Origin: Candidatus Latescibacterota bacterium | Lineage (GTDB): Bacteria > Latescibacterota > UBA2968 > UBA8231 | DNA length: 64,000 nucleotides | Assembly: GCA_965203175.1 (NCBI GenBank) | Contig: OZ241867.1 | Location: 3,392,001-3,456,000 of the forward strand | Direction of reading: 5' to 3' | In this document: piece after piece, positions 18,261 through 27,317 of the stretch | Layout: each line of letters starts with the position of its first letter | How positions within the stretch are numbered: position 1 is the stretch's first letter | Notes under the pieces: generated by a model | Told to the model about the DNA's origin: nothing | Seen by the model: only the letters and a program-made list of their open reading frames with translations | Database searches by the model: none | Made by a program: the position numbers and the translations under genes

Positions 18261-19868
18261 TTAGAGTGCGTTAGAAAGCGGTCCGACCCGTTGTTTGAGG
18301 CTCTGGGCCAACTTATTGTCATCCCGAATTCGGGAGACTAACATTCGCTGGTATATCTTTTTACTTTCGAGTTTGAGTGCTTTAACAATAGCCTCAAAAG
18401 CACGGCTCTCGCGAAGTGGATAACGAGCAACAAGATCGTCCAGTCTTTTCTCATTTACTAGTTTATTGAAGCGGTCCAACTCCTTTTGATAGGGAATATC
18501 GACAGATATGTCGAACTTTGATTTGGCTTCAATACATTTCCAGTCCGGGATTTTTTGTACTATCGAATCACGTACTCGACGTTCGCACCGCCGCGCCGCC
18601 ATCCTTTCGGCCATATCGCCCTTATTCAGGGCTTCAAGTGCTTTCTGATTCGCCAATTTGATCATGTCGTCTGCCTTGCTCCTCAAGGCCTTTTCTTGCC
18701 ATCGAGCAACAGCGGCAATGGAGTCGGAGCAGTAGTAGAGAGATTCGACCGAGCACATGTCCAAGGCAAATACCCAACCTTCGACAAGTCGCTTGACGTC
18801 CTCTTCCTCTAAGCTATCCCGGTCAATTAGCCCAAACGCCTCGACGCGATGGAACTGTTGAGATTCTCGCAGACCTCTCACCGCTTTCTGGACATCACTG
18901 CAACCTCCCTTCGACACTACTGAGATATCCGGAAATAGAACGCTGTAAAGCGGTAAATCCAAACTGTTGGAGTCGCCTTCAACAAAGAGAATTCTTTTCC
19001 GGGAACCTAAGATTGACCGTTTAAGACCTTCTGGTAAAGAAGAGTTCGGTTCAAGGAGTTCGACATCCCAAGCTGTAGCCTTATCATCTTCCCATTTGCA
19101 TGATCGAACCATTAGGACGCGTGCTTCTGGATCAGCGACTGGCAGTGCTACCTCATGCGTCGAGACGACAAATGTGCAATCCGTGCGTTTCTCGAACAGC
19201 GCCGACAGAAGTGGCTCGATGATGGACCGATGGAGATGCCGTTCCGGCTCGTCAATCAGTAACACGGTACCTGGCTCAACAGTTAAAACGGCGGCTGCAA
19301 GGATTGCGGCGTTTCGCTCCCCATCGGACATCTGAGCGATACTGAAAGGCGCACTGCCGTCTCGATGGTGCGCTAGTATTTCTTCGTCCTTGTAGTTTTC
19401 CAGCGTAACTGCCAGTGTCCCGATTCTGAGAAGTTCGTTGAGTTGAGCAAACGGAGATCGCGATTCGGCAGAAGTTTTTTCTGCTTCTCCCGTATTGCCA
19501 CTATCGACATGATGAGTGATGCTGCGAGCACGAGCATTCTCCTTGGCAACCAAATCAAAAAGTATCGCCGATTGTTTCTGTTGTGCGTAATCATCTCGCC
19601 AACGAGCTTGATCCTGCCTTTCGATATTCGTGTTTTCCCCATCAAACTGTTTGCGACTCAGCGGAGTGAGATCAAGGTTCCCAGACTGGAACCATGTCTG
19701 TCGATGCGCCGAAATACGCCTGACTTTCTCGTCTTGATTCGATGAAACAAGGTGCTGGATCAACGCTGATTTTCCAGAGCCATTGGCACCAACGATGAAA
19801 AGCCGATTATTGTTTTCGAGAGACACTTGTAGAGATTGACCTGAAATTTGAGGAATCGTCCAATTCAT
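18261..19868 (-). CDS. Fused ABC-type ATPase + TOPRIM nuclease (PARIS AriAB-fusion / OLD-like), putative anti-phage protein
   Basis: GANGSGKS, MSDGER, LLIDEPERHLH, STH; then ILFVEG..SLD, GLIDRD, SVESL. Confidence 0.8.
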   Translation of the reverse strand: MNWTIPQISGQSLQVSLENNNRLFIVGANGSGKSALIQHLVSSNQDEKVRRISAHRQTWFQSGNLDLTPLSRKQFDGENTNIERQDQARWRDDYAQQKQSAILFDLVAKENARARSITHHVDSGNTGEAEKTSAESRSPFAQLNELLRIGTLAVTLENYKDEEILAHHRDGSAPFSIAQMSDGERNAAILAAAVLTVEPGTVLLIDEPERHLHRSIIEPLLSALFEKRTDCTFVVSTHEVALPVADPEARVLMVRSCKWEDDKATAWDVELLEPNSSLPEGLKRSILGSRKRILFVEGDSNSLDLPLYSVLFPDISVVSKGGCSDVQKAVRGLRESQQFHRVEAFGLIDRDSLEEEDVKRLVEGWVFALDMCSVESLYYCSDSIAAVARWQEKALRSKADDMIKLANQKALEALNKGDMAERMAARRCERRVRDSIVQKIPDWKCIEAKSKFDISVDIPYQKELDRFNKLVNEKRLDDLVARYPLRESRAFEAIVKALKLESKKIYQRMLVSRIRDDNKLAQSLKQRVGPLSNAL

Positions 19869-20311
19869 CTGATTTTATCCTCAGAAGCCCTCTGAAAATT
19901 CCGATTTCCATACTTACCTTGAAAATCCGCGTTTTGTGATATTGCGTAATCGCTAAGATTCAGAGTATGGTACCGCTGACGATTAGACGGCAGTCTCGCG
20001 GCGAAGGTACTCAAGCTCGCAGTTGCAATGGGGGTACTGCGCGGGTATATTGGGAAAAATTTGGCCATTGAAAGCCCTATCCTTTCTGTGGTCGATGCCC
20101 GTCGCGTTCGCTCAAACGCGAGTGGGACTGTTGATGCCCCGGCTAAAGCCTTCTAGCTGGGGCGTCTTGCTGCTTATCTTCAAAATAGAGACCGAGTTAG
20201 ACCAGGTCAACGAGCCTTGAGGGGTGATTATGCAGGCGCTCTCCGACCTGTCTAGCCTGACGTGGCTGCCGTTGGGATACTCCCGATAAGTCCGTTGATC
20301 GCTAGTACGAT

Positions 20312-21280
20312 CTAGGGCAAGAAGCGGTTGGTGAAGACCGCGGTGGCGGCCACCACACTCTCTTTGATCAGGCCAGCGGCCACCATTTGTTCCAATAGCT
20401 CCTGCCAGCGCTGCAAGGTCATGCTGCCGAGGCCGTTTTGTTGGGCGACCGGATCGAGAACCATGTCCATGGATTCGGCGGCTCCATAGGCGAGAATGTC
20501 CATGCCCATCTCGGGGTTGAGGCTGTTGATATGGCGGTTGGTCGCCTCTGGTTCGGCGAGGTATTTCTCCCAGCCTTTGACGCTGGCGCGGACTACGGCA
20601 CCGACGAGTTCAGGTTCGGCGGCGATGCGCTCTTCGGTGGTGATGAGCACGCTGGCGTAGGGGTTGAAGCCGGTGTTGGCTACGAGCAGGGCCTTGGGAT
20701 CGCCGCCTTTGGTCTTGGCGACGAACGGTTCGCTGAAGACGTAGCCCTGCTGGGCGAAATTCTCGTCCACGAGGAATTGGGCCACATTGCCGGGATAGGG
20801 GACTATTGTGACGCCTTCAAATGGGTACTTCCAGCGCAGATAGTGAGAGAAGGCCGGGCGTTGCGACAGGGCCAAGGTGATGTTTTTGATTTGCGAAATA
20901 GAGTCGATGCCGGCGCTCTCGTGGACCATAATGCAGCGCGGGTTGATCTGATAGGATGCCATGACCGCGATGATGGGGATTTGTTGGGCGCGCGCGTAGA
21001 GGATGTCGTCGGCATTTGTTATGCCAAAGGCTACCGCGCCGGTGGCCACGCGCTGGACGACCGGCGCATCCGGGCCACCGCCGAGGATTTCGACCTCAAC
21101 CCCGTTTTCCTCGTAGTAGCCGTGGACTACGGCCGCGTACAAGCCGCCGTGTTCGGCTTCTGGGAACCAGTTGAGCGCGAGTTGGACCTTGGGCAGGGCG
21201 TCGGCTGTGGGCGCTTCTTTTTCAGCGGCGCAGGCGACGAGCGCGAGGAAGGCCGCCAAGAGCGAGTATTTGAATATCAT
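20312..21280 (-). CDS. ABC substrate-binding lipoprotein, NMT1/THI5 family
   Basis: Lipobox LVA-C; LALNWFPEAEHGGLYAA; GFNPYASVL. Confidence 0.9.
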   Translation of the reverse strand: MIFKYSLLAAFLALVACAAEKEAPTADALPKVQLALNWFPEAEHGGLYAAVVHGYYEENGVEVEILGGGPDAPVVQRVATGAVAFGITNADDILYARAQQIPIIAVMASYQINPRCIMVHESAGIDSISQIKNITLALSQRPAFSHYLRWKYPFEGVTIVPYPGNVAQFLVDENFAQQGYVFSEPFVAKTKGGDPKALLVANTGFNPYASVLITTEERIAAEPELVGAVVRASVKGWEKYLAEPEATNRHINSLNPEMGMDILAYGAAESMDMVLDPVAQQNGLGSMTLQRWQELLEQMVAAGLIKESVVAATAVFTNRFLP

Positions 21281-21290
21281 GGGAATTCTC

Positions 21291-21382
21291 CTAGTAGTAT
21301 TGGCCTATCTGGGACATCGCCCGGCGCGGCCGTTGGAATTTTCGGCTATTTTGGAGCTGCGAAAATGGCCGGTTTAGGCCAA
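21291..21382. repeat. ~93-bp dispersed repeat, copy 2
   Basis: Colinear with 16959-17052. Confidence 0.75.
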
Positions 21383-21690
21383 CTCCCCCGGCGCGTAAAA
21401 CCCTGTTCTCGGGATTCGTCCCAAACTCACGCCATCCCTCTAGCGGGTTCATCCGTCGCCGGCCGATAAGAGCTCTTTTACCGAGATCGGTTGCGGTTTT
21501 GTCCCTTTCACTTTATAGAAGAGCACCTCGCTAATCCGGTAGTCAAATGAAATGGGACTTATTTAAGGGCTTCTGCTTTTGAAAAAGCTGGCGGAGTTCA
21601 GATTTTGACAACTCAATAGGCTCATTATTGTCGAGGGCATTCAATAGATCGCTTAGATACATTTAAGACCCCTTTTATATCCGAGGCGAA

Positions 21691-21711
21691 ATTTCAAACT
21701 GATACACTACT
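21691..21711 (-). mobile_element. IS1-family terminal inverted repeat (solo end)
   Basis: ATTTCAAACTGATACACTACT, reverse complement AGTAGTGTATCAGTTTGAAAT. Confidence 0.6.
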
Positions 21712-21738
21712 GGTTATCCCAGCTTGCACTGGACGAAG

Positions 21739-22671
21739 CTAGTGGCCAAAGTTGAAGACAAAGTCAATGTAGGGAATCCCTGGAAACACTATATCCACGG
21801 AGGGTATCGCGATCATGCCCACATCCGCGCTCATGCGTAAGCCCAAAAAGCGGATTCCATATATAATCCAGGGCTCGTCGTACGCATTGGGAAAAAGCCA
21901 ACTCTCCGCGACAACGGCCATTCGTCGCGTCCACCTTCTTTTCATGCCCAATGTGAGCGCGGGTTTATTCTCTATTTCGCCATCCACAAACCCCCAGCCC
22001 AAACCCGCTGTGAGGCCCTCGGGACCGCCGAAAGTTCCTACTCCATATAGAATGCCCGCCGAGAAACTATCATCACCGTCAGGCACCCGCATGATGAGCG
22101 CTCCCAAGGCCAGATCCAACGACTCTTGGTTCAGCAGACCCACTTTGGGCGTAATGTAGAAGGGGAGGTCTTTGAAGGGGACAGGGAGCGTGAGGCCACC
22201 CGCTCCAATAGTAAATTCGTCCGTGACTCCGTAGGCGATCATGCTGAAGAGCAGGTAGCGGTTGGAATAGTAGCCCTGCCCGCGTTCCAGCATTTGGGCC
22301 GTTGTGCTTAGAAGAAGCCGCGTGGTGTTCAGATCGGGATACCAGTGTTCGCCGTCCCGCATAGAGGACGCTGGGATTCGCCTGATTTTCTTTATGGCCC
22401 GGATGCGAATTTCCGTCTTGCCGAAGTTGGTCTCAACGTAGATGACAGAGACGCCAATGGAGACAATGCGACCAATGACCATTCCCCCATCTTTGGTTTC
22501 GATCACTTGCATATAGCCAGACTCGGGGATTTTCAGGCCGTCTATCATTCCCTCTTGGGCTTCGATTGTTGCTGGTAAGATAGTGATCGAGCAAAGCAAT
22601 AGAGCTCGAATGACGAATTTATTAGCGCAAGACGCCACCAGCAGCGCGGTGGCAAGGACGGCCATAGACAT
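21739..22671 (-). CDS. Exported protein, probable outer-membrane beta-barrel
   Basis: Signal-like N-terminus, beta-strand alternation, ends YIDFVFNFGH. Confidence 0.7.
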   Translation of the reverse strand: MSMAVLATALLVASCANKFVIRALLLCSITILPATIEAQEGMIDGLKIPESGYMQVIETKDGGMVIGRIVSIGVSVIYVETNFGKTEIRIRAIKKIRRIPASSMRDGEHWYPDLNTTRLLLSTTAQMLERGQGYYSNRYLLFSMIAYGVTDEFTIGAGGLTLPVPFKDLPFYITPKVGLLNQESLDLALGALIMRVPDGDDSFSAGILYGVGTFGGPEGLTAGLGWGFVDGEIENKPALTLGMKRRWTRRMAVVAESWLFPNAYDEPWIIYGIRFLGLRMSADVGMIAIPSVDIVFPGIPYIDFVFNFGH

Positions 22672-22780
22672 GTTATCCCTTTCTCTTAGTTGTCGGGCGC
22701 GATCTCCGCGAGGGTGGTTGTGGGCTACTATGCACCTTTCAGCCCTTCCCGCTCCCAAGACTGACCAACATATAGCTTTG

Positions 22781-22801
22781 GGTAGTGGGCTAGTTTGAAA
22801 T
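22781..22801 (+). mobile_element. IS1-family terminal inverted repeat (solo end)
   Basis: GGTAGTGGGCTAGTTTGAAAT. Confidence 0.55.
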
Positions 22802-22802
22802 C

Positions 22803-23831
22803 TTACAGCCCAGCGAGCACCTTGTCGGCGGTGCCATCGGCCACCCAGCTTTTCCATTCATCGGAGTTGTGCAGCCACCAAGCGGCGACATCGCGGTACG
22901 CGTCGCCGGTCTCGTCCAAGCGGAAGAGCAAAGCGTTGATCGAGTCGTCAGAAAGCGTCCACTTCTCTAAAAACGCAACGGCCTCGGGCGCGGTTTCGCG
23001 CAGTTCGGAGCGCACGGCGATAACCGGCTGCCGGTCGGGGTACGCGCACGCCTGCATTACGTCTTGCGCTTCGTCCTGTGCAGCAAGGTGCTCCCAGCAT
23101 TCATCGGAATAGTCGGGCTCTTTCAGCCGCAAGAAGCCGCCATATTGATCGTTTAGTTTCGTCGGAACCACCTCGGGACCCCACTGGTAGAAGAGGATGT
23201 GCTCGCGCTTGTCAAAAGCATCCAGAATTTCCGCGTTCAGCTCTGCGAAAGAGCTTGGGGTAATGAGTTTGATGACCTCTTGCAGGCCGTAGCCGTACAC
23301 CTGCTTCTCGTTGATTGCCTCGCATTCCCAGCCGGAGATGCACGTTAATAGCCCGGCTTTCCCGTCGCTATCGGGGCGGACGAAAAGGCTCCAGTACTCC
23401 TCCAGCTTGAGGTCTTCAACCGAGCGTAGGCCGGGGTTGGCGTCCGCCGTATACTGCGGAATGAGGAACGCGCTTTCCCAGGACGGGCTTGCTAGGCTGT
23501 TGCCAAGCTGCACAATCGTCCCCGCCGCTATAGCCTCATGCCAAATGGCCAGCACGCTCGGCAGCCAAAACTCCATCGTCACATTCGTCTCGCCGGCGAT
23601 CAGCGCCTCCATGAGCGGGACCGTCGCGCCGGGGACGGACTCGGTTTCATAGCCGTATCCCCTCTCCAGAATCGTGCGGGCCACCGCGTTTTGCAGCAGG
23701 GCCGAGCTCCAATTCACGTCAGAGAAAATCAGTTTTGTCTGATGCGGGGTCGCCGTCGGGACCTTCTCGCCGTCTCCACATGCGGCGAGCGCCAGCACGA
23801 CGATCACCCCTGCCAACATCCTCCGTTTCAT
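22803..23831 (-). CDS. Glycine betaine/proline ABC substrate-binding lipoprotein (OpuAC/ProX family)
   Basis: Lipobox LAA-C; NWSS...GYGYET, MEFW, CISGWEC, ACAYP. Confidence 0.85.
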   Translation of the reverse strand: MKRRMLAGVIVVLALAACGDGEKVPTATPHQTKLIFSDVNWSSALLQNAVARTILERGYGYETESVPGATVPLMEALIAGETNVTMEFWLPSVLAIWHEAIAAGTIVQLGNSLASPSWESAFLIPQYTADANPGLRSVEDLKLEEYWSLFVRPDSDGKAGLLTCISGWECEAINEKQVYGYGLQEVIKLITPSSFAELNAEILDAFDKREHILFYQWGPEVVPTKLNDQYGGFLRLKEPDYSDECWEHLAAQDEAQDVMQACAYPDRQPVIAVRSELRETAPEAVAFLEKWTLSDDSINALLFRLDETGDAYRDVAAWWLHNSDEWKSWVADGTADKVLAGL

Positions 23832-24010
23832 GCAAACCTCCTCATAGGGTTATGCCGGCGGTCGCGCTGGTCGCCACCAGCCCCTCTGTTAAAGTGGCGA
23901 CCGCTGACCGGCTTGGCCCTGTGAGGTTCCGGCCAACGGTCGCCTTGAGCCCGTAGCCGACGACAGCAAGGCGTCGGGTCTTGAGGCTACGGCCACTCGT
24001 TTCCGCGCGT

Positions 24011-24556
24011 CTAAAAGCGACTTTTGAGCTGTCCCCAGGACTGGCCTGCAACCGCCGTAGAAGCGGTTCCCGGATAAAAGCCAGAGCCCAAGACGAAATC
24101 TTGGCCGAGAGCGGAGTAGGGGATGGCGTAGCCCACTTTAGGCGAGCCGGTTTCTTCGTCTCCTTCTACCAGTGGATCGGGCCAAAGATACTCGACGTAG
24201 CCGCCTCCCTCAGCCGCCACGGCGATGAGCTCTTGGACAATTTTGACTCCGTTGGCGTCTTCGAGGTCAATCAAGTTTTGGCCCTCTAGGTCTGGATTAT
24301 CTCCGTGGAGTACAAAGATACCAGTAGTAGAAAAAACAAAGAGGTAGATGGACCCCTGTTTCCAAGGTCCTTCGGTTCTGAATTCCTGCAAGACAGCTAG
24401 GTACTCGGCAAGGCTCGTAGCCTTATCTGCGTGCGCCTTCGCCGCGAGTACAAAGGCTTTCAGGGTTTCTCGGTCCACGACCTCGCTGGCCGTTACCTCC
24501 GCGTCTTGGGCGATAGCCGGATGCACGGCGGGCAAGAGGCCAGTCAGTGCCAGCAT
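24011..24556 (-). CDS. Stand-alone secreted Cache-domain protein
   Basis: IYLFVF...HG.NP.LEGQNLIDLEDANG...GGGYVEYLWPDP...KVGYA...GSGFY; tail TAVAGQSWGQLKSRF. Confidence 0.85.
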   Translation of the reverse strand: MLALTGLLPAVHPAIAQDAEVTASEVVDRETLKAFVLAAKAHADKATSLAEYLAVLQEFRTEGPWKQGSIYLFVFSTTGIFVLHGDNPDLEGQNLIDLEDANGVKIVQELIAVAAEGGGYVEYLWPDPLVEGDEETGSPKVGYAIPYSALGQDFVLGSGFYPGTASTAVAGQSWGQLKSRF

Positions 24557-24718
24557 GAGTACTGCTTTTAGACGTTTCAGGATGATCTCCTTTGATAGAG
24601 CTCCCCGCTCGGGGAATGGTTAGCCATCGCCTCTCGGTGCCCTATACACCGAGAGGCTTTTTGCTGGACTATCCAGCACCTATAACGTAAAAAAACGGGA
24701 ACCGCCAAGGACGGCTGC

Positions 24719-25327
24719 TTAGAACAGCCCGTTCAGCGCCAGCCTAATGCTTTTGACTTGCTCGTCCTCGACGTGCTGAAGTGAAAAGTTGGTGTTTACA
24801 AGCACCCGTGTTCCGTTCAGCAGGGGAAGGCCGTAGCCTCCTCCTATTAAGAATCCCGCTCCCCAATCGCTTGTGTCTTCTACCTGAGATTGAGGTATGC
24901 CGACGCCTAGCGTGTAGCTGGCTCTGGCAAGCCCTATGTCCGTCCGCACAAAGGGGCCTTGCCCTATTTCGTGGGTCAAAAAGTGCATGGCGCTCAAGGC
25001 GTAGAGATAGGTGTGGATGTCTATTTCAACGTCCAGTACATCGTCTGTGGCCTCGTATTTATCGACGTTGGCGCTTACGGCGGCGCCAAGGAGCGTTTTG
25101 CTACCCCAAGGCCGGTAGAAACCCAGTTCTAAGGCCAAGGGCAGATGCGACAGGTCAATGTCTGGCGAGTCGTTGAGCTCGTCGATGACAGTCTGCGTCT
25201 CGTCTGGGTATGTGTTGTTCGCGTAACCAGCCCCCAGATAGACGTACCAGCTCTCCAGGTCGCTGTCATCGGCAGCGGCAGGGTTGAAGAGGGCAAGCAT
25301 GGCAACGAGCGTAAATAGTAGCAGCAT
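24719..25327 (-). CDS. Small outer-membrane beta-barrel protein
   Basis: Signal peptide, amphipathic strands, terminal Phe. Confidence 0.75.
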   Translation of the reverse strand: MLLLFTLVAMLALFNPAAADDSDLESWYVYLGAGYANNTYPDETQTVIDELNDSPDIDLSHLPLALELGFYRPWGSKTLLGAAVSANVDKYEATDDVLDVEIDIHTYLYALSAMHFLTHEIGQGPFVRTDIGLARASYTLGVGIPQSQVEDTSDWGAGFLIGGGYGLPLLNGTRVLVNTNFSLQHVEDEQVKSIRLALNGLF

Positions 25328-25353
25328 GGCGCGCTCCTTCTTGGTTAGTTAAA
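25316..25353. repeat. 38-bp direct repeat (second copy 27262-27299) covering an RBS and start codon
   Basis: tagtagcagcatggcgc[g/a]ctccttcttggttagttaaa, one mismatch. Confidence 0.85.
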
Positions 25354-25572
25354 CGGACAACTACTTACTCGCCTCGATGATGAGGTAGATATACAAGGAC
25401 ACCACCAGCGCACCCAGCGCGATAGTGCCGCCCACCAGCAGATGACGCTTTCTGAGTCCATGATGCCTCCTTTCCTCCAAGTGGCGGCGACCCCTGCGGT
25501 GGGCCGCCGCCGGAACCGCGCCTACCTCCCCCCAGAGATGTGCGCGGCTGAATGGACGGGCTGAAGGGTGGG

Positions 25573-26574
25573 TTAGGGTCTCCATTGCTCGGCACGCTCA
25601 AGAAAAACCGCTGGATGGGCGCGCCACTCTTGATAGCCAATGCGCCGGTTGTCGGTCAGATAGTTGATCTTCTCATCCAGGCAGGCCGCCAGATCGGTGT
25701 CGTCGGTGCCCAGCGCGAATCCGCCTAGCTCGGCGGCCTCGTCGAGGGCTGTGACCACAAACGTGCCCTCGGAAGCGTAACCGGCCTCGCGGTTGCCGAT
25801 TTCGCCGCGGGCGATGGCGTCGATCTGGCCGCTTTGGAGGGCTTCTAACAGTTCCGCCTCGCCGGTTTCTTCTCCCAGATAGATCACGTGCGGCATGTGC
25901 GCTTCGGGCGGTATGAGTCGCTGCCGGCCGACAAGGTTGGCCGATGGGCCAGCGGCGGTGATGGTGTAGGAGGCCGTGCCATCGGCTACCAGCTCGCCTT
26001 CTGGCGTCTGGATGCGCGTGAAAGCGGCGAGGATGCCTCGGGCATCGACTAAGCCGGTCCGCTCCAACAGGCGGAACTCGCCGGTGGTGCCGCCCAGCAC
26101 CCCCACCCGCGCTTGGCTGGTCAGGTCGCTATACTGGGCAAAACGCTCGGCGTCGGTGGCTCGCACGAGTAGGGATTGGCGAAAGGCGATGTGGCCGGAC
26201 GTAAAGGTTACCGCTGGGTCGCCGACGGCATTGCGGGTCCGGGCGTCAAGGATAGTAATGCCGCCGCCGACCAGGTCATACTCCGGCCCGGCCGCTCGGA
26301 GCCATATATCAGACCACTCGGCAATACCTTGGCGCGCGAAGGACAGGCCCGCGCCGTTCATGGCCGCCAGGGCGGTCAACAAATCCGCTTCATACCCGAG
26401 ATGTTCGTCGAATCCGGCGGTGCCAGGGTCGTCGGCGCTGTAGCTGACCGGCGCGAAAAAGGCATAGAACCCAACTTGTAGCACCTGCCCGTCGCCGCAA
26501 GCGGCCCCCGGAGCGTCCCCGGGCGACGAGCAGGCCACCGCGAAGAGTGCCAAGGATGTGAGGAATATACGCAT
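25573..26574 (-). CDS. Amino-acid-type ABC substrate-binding lipoprotein
   Basis: Lipobox AVA-C; GYEADLL, DLVGGGITI, VGVLGGTTGE, ALQSGQIDA. Confidence 0.8.
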   Translation of the reverse strand: MRIFLTSLALFAVACSSPGDAPGAACGDGQVLQVGFYAFFAPVSYSADDPGTAGFDEHLGYEADLLTALAAMNGAGLSFARQGIAEWSDIWLRAAGPEYDLVGGGITILDARTRNAVGDPAVTFTSGHIAFRQSLLVRATDAERFAQYSDLTSQARVGVLGGTTGEFRLLERTGLVDARGILAAFTRIQTPEGELVADGTASYTITAAGPSANLVGRQRLIPPEAHMPHVIYLGEETGEAELLEALQSGQIDAIARGEIGNREAGYASEGTFVVTALDEAAELGGFALGTDDTDLAACLDEKINYLTDNRRIGYQEWRAHPAVFLERAEQWRP

Positions 26575-26674
26575 CTGAAGCCCTTTTTTAGTTAGACTAT
26601 TCTCCGATACAGCCTCGGCCACATCGCCTTTCGCCAATGCAACCGGCATCCCCTTGCGCCGTCAGCCCGTCCAA

Positions 26675-26878
26675 TCAGACCGCCTCGGCGGCGGCTTTAG
26701 CTTCCTCGATAGACTCCAGCTCATCGCCTTGGGTGATTTCAATGCCGTCTTTCCAGACGGAAAACCAGTAGGTCAACGGCTCGTGGCCATTGTTGCCAGC
26801 AATCAGGGTCTTGCCATCTTCTTTGTGCCAGTACCAGCGCTGCACCTGGGCTGAGTAATTCCATTGGGTCTCAGTCAT
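26675..26878 (-). CDS. Small hypothetical protein
   Basis: 67 aa, overlaps the stop of the upstream peptide ORF. Confidence 0.55.
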   Translation of the reverse strand: MTETQWNYSAQVQRWYWHKEDGKTLIAGNNGHEPLTYWFSVWKDGIEITQGDELESIEEAKAAAEAV

Positions 26879-26945
26879 CGCGACACACCGCCTTGAGCAG
26901 CTTGAGTAGTCCCCATGCTAGGACGATCCAGATAAAACGGAACAT
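26871..26945 (-). CDS. 24-aa hydrophobic peptide
   Basis: MFRFIWIVLAWGLLKLLKAVCRDD with AGGAGG RBS. Confidence 0.55.
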   Translation of the reverse strand: MFRFIWIVLAWGLLKLLKAVCRDD

Positions 26946-27043
26946 GGCCTCCTGCTTGATTTAGGTGAGCGGGCGACCCAAGGTAGGTTTAAGGTCGCCC
27001 GCCCGGGCTGCAGGTGTGGGGGTGGTAGCGCGCCCCTTGCAGC

Positions 27044-27145
27044 CTATTCAGCGACCCAGCGCGCCAGCCGGACCAAGACGTAAAAGAAGAGGTAGTAGAG
27101 CACAAAGAAGAGCACGTAGTGCTTGAAAAAGTCCCCCCACTTCAC
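27044..27145 (-). CDS. 33-aa aromatic-rich membrane peptide
   Basis: MKWGDFFKHYVLFFVLYYLFFYVLVRLARWVAE, GTG start, hairpins downstream. Confidence 0.45.
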   Translation of the reverse strand: MKWGDFFKHYVLFFVLYYLFFYVLVRLARWVAE

Positions 27146-27317
27146 GCCCTTTTCCGATAGGTCTTGGGCCTGTTGGCTTGTTCAGAGCAAGCCATAGCGC
27201 AAAATAATGCGCCTGTAAAAAGCAACAGAAGGGGTTTCATCATCTGCCTTGCTCCTTTATTTAGTAGCAGCATGGCGCACTCCTTCTTGGTTAGTTAAAA
27301 AGACACTACTGCCGGTT

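Noticed and set aside
20438-21469. 343-aa plus-strand ORF (similarly 52048-52839, 56500-57210, 62553-63347)
   Set aside because: Antisense shadows of well-supported genes in GC-rich DNA
16669-21711. Intact composite transposon bounded by IS1-like ends
   Set aside because: No matching target-site duplication and no internal transposase
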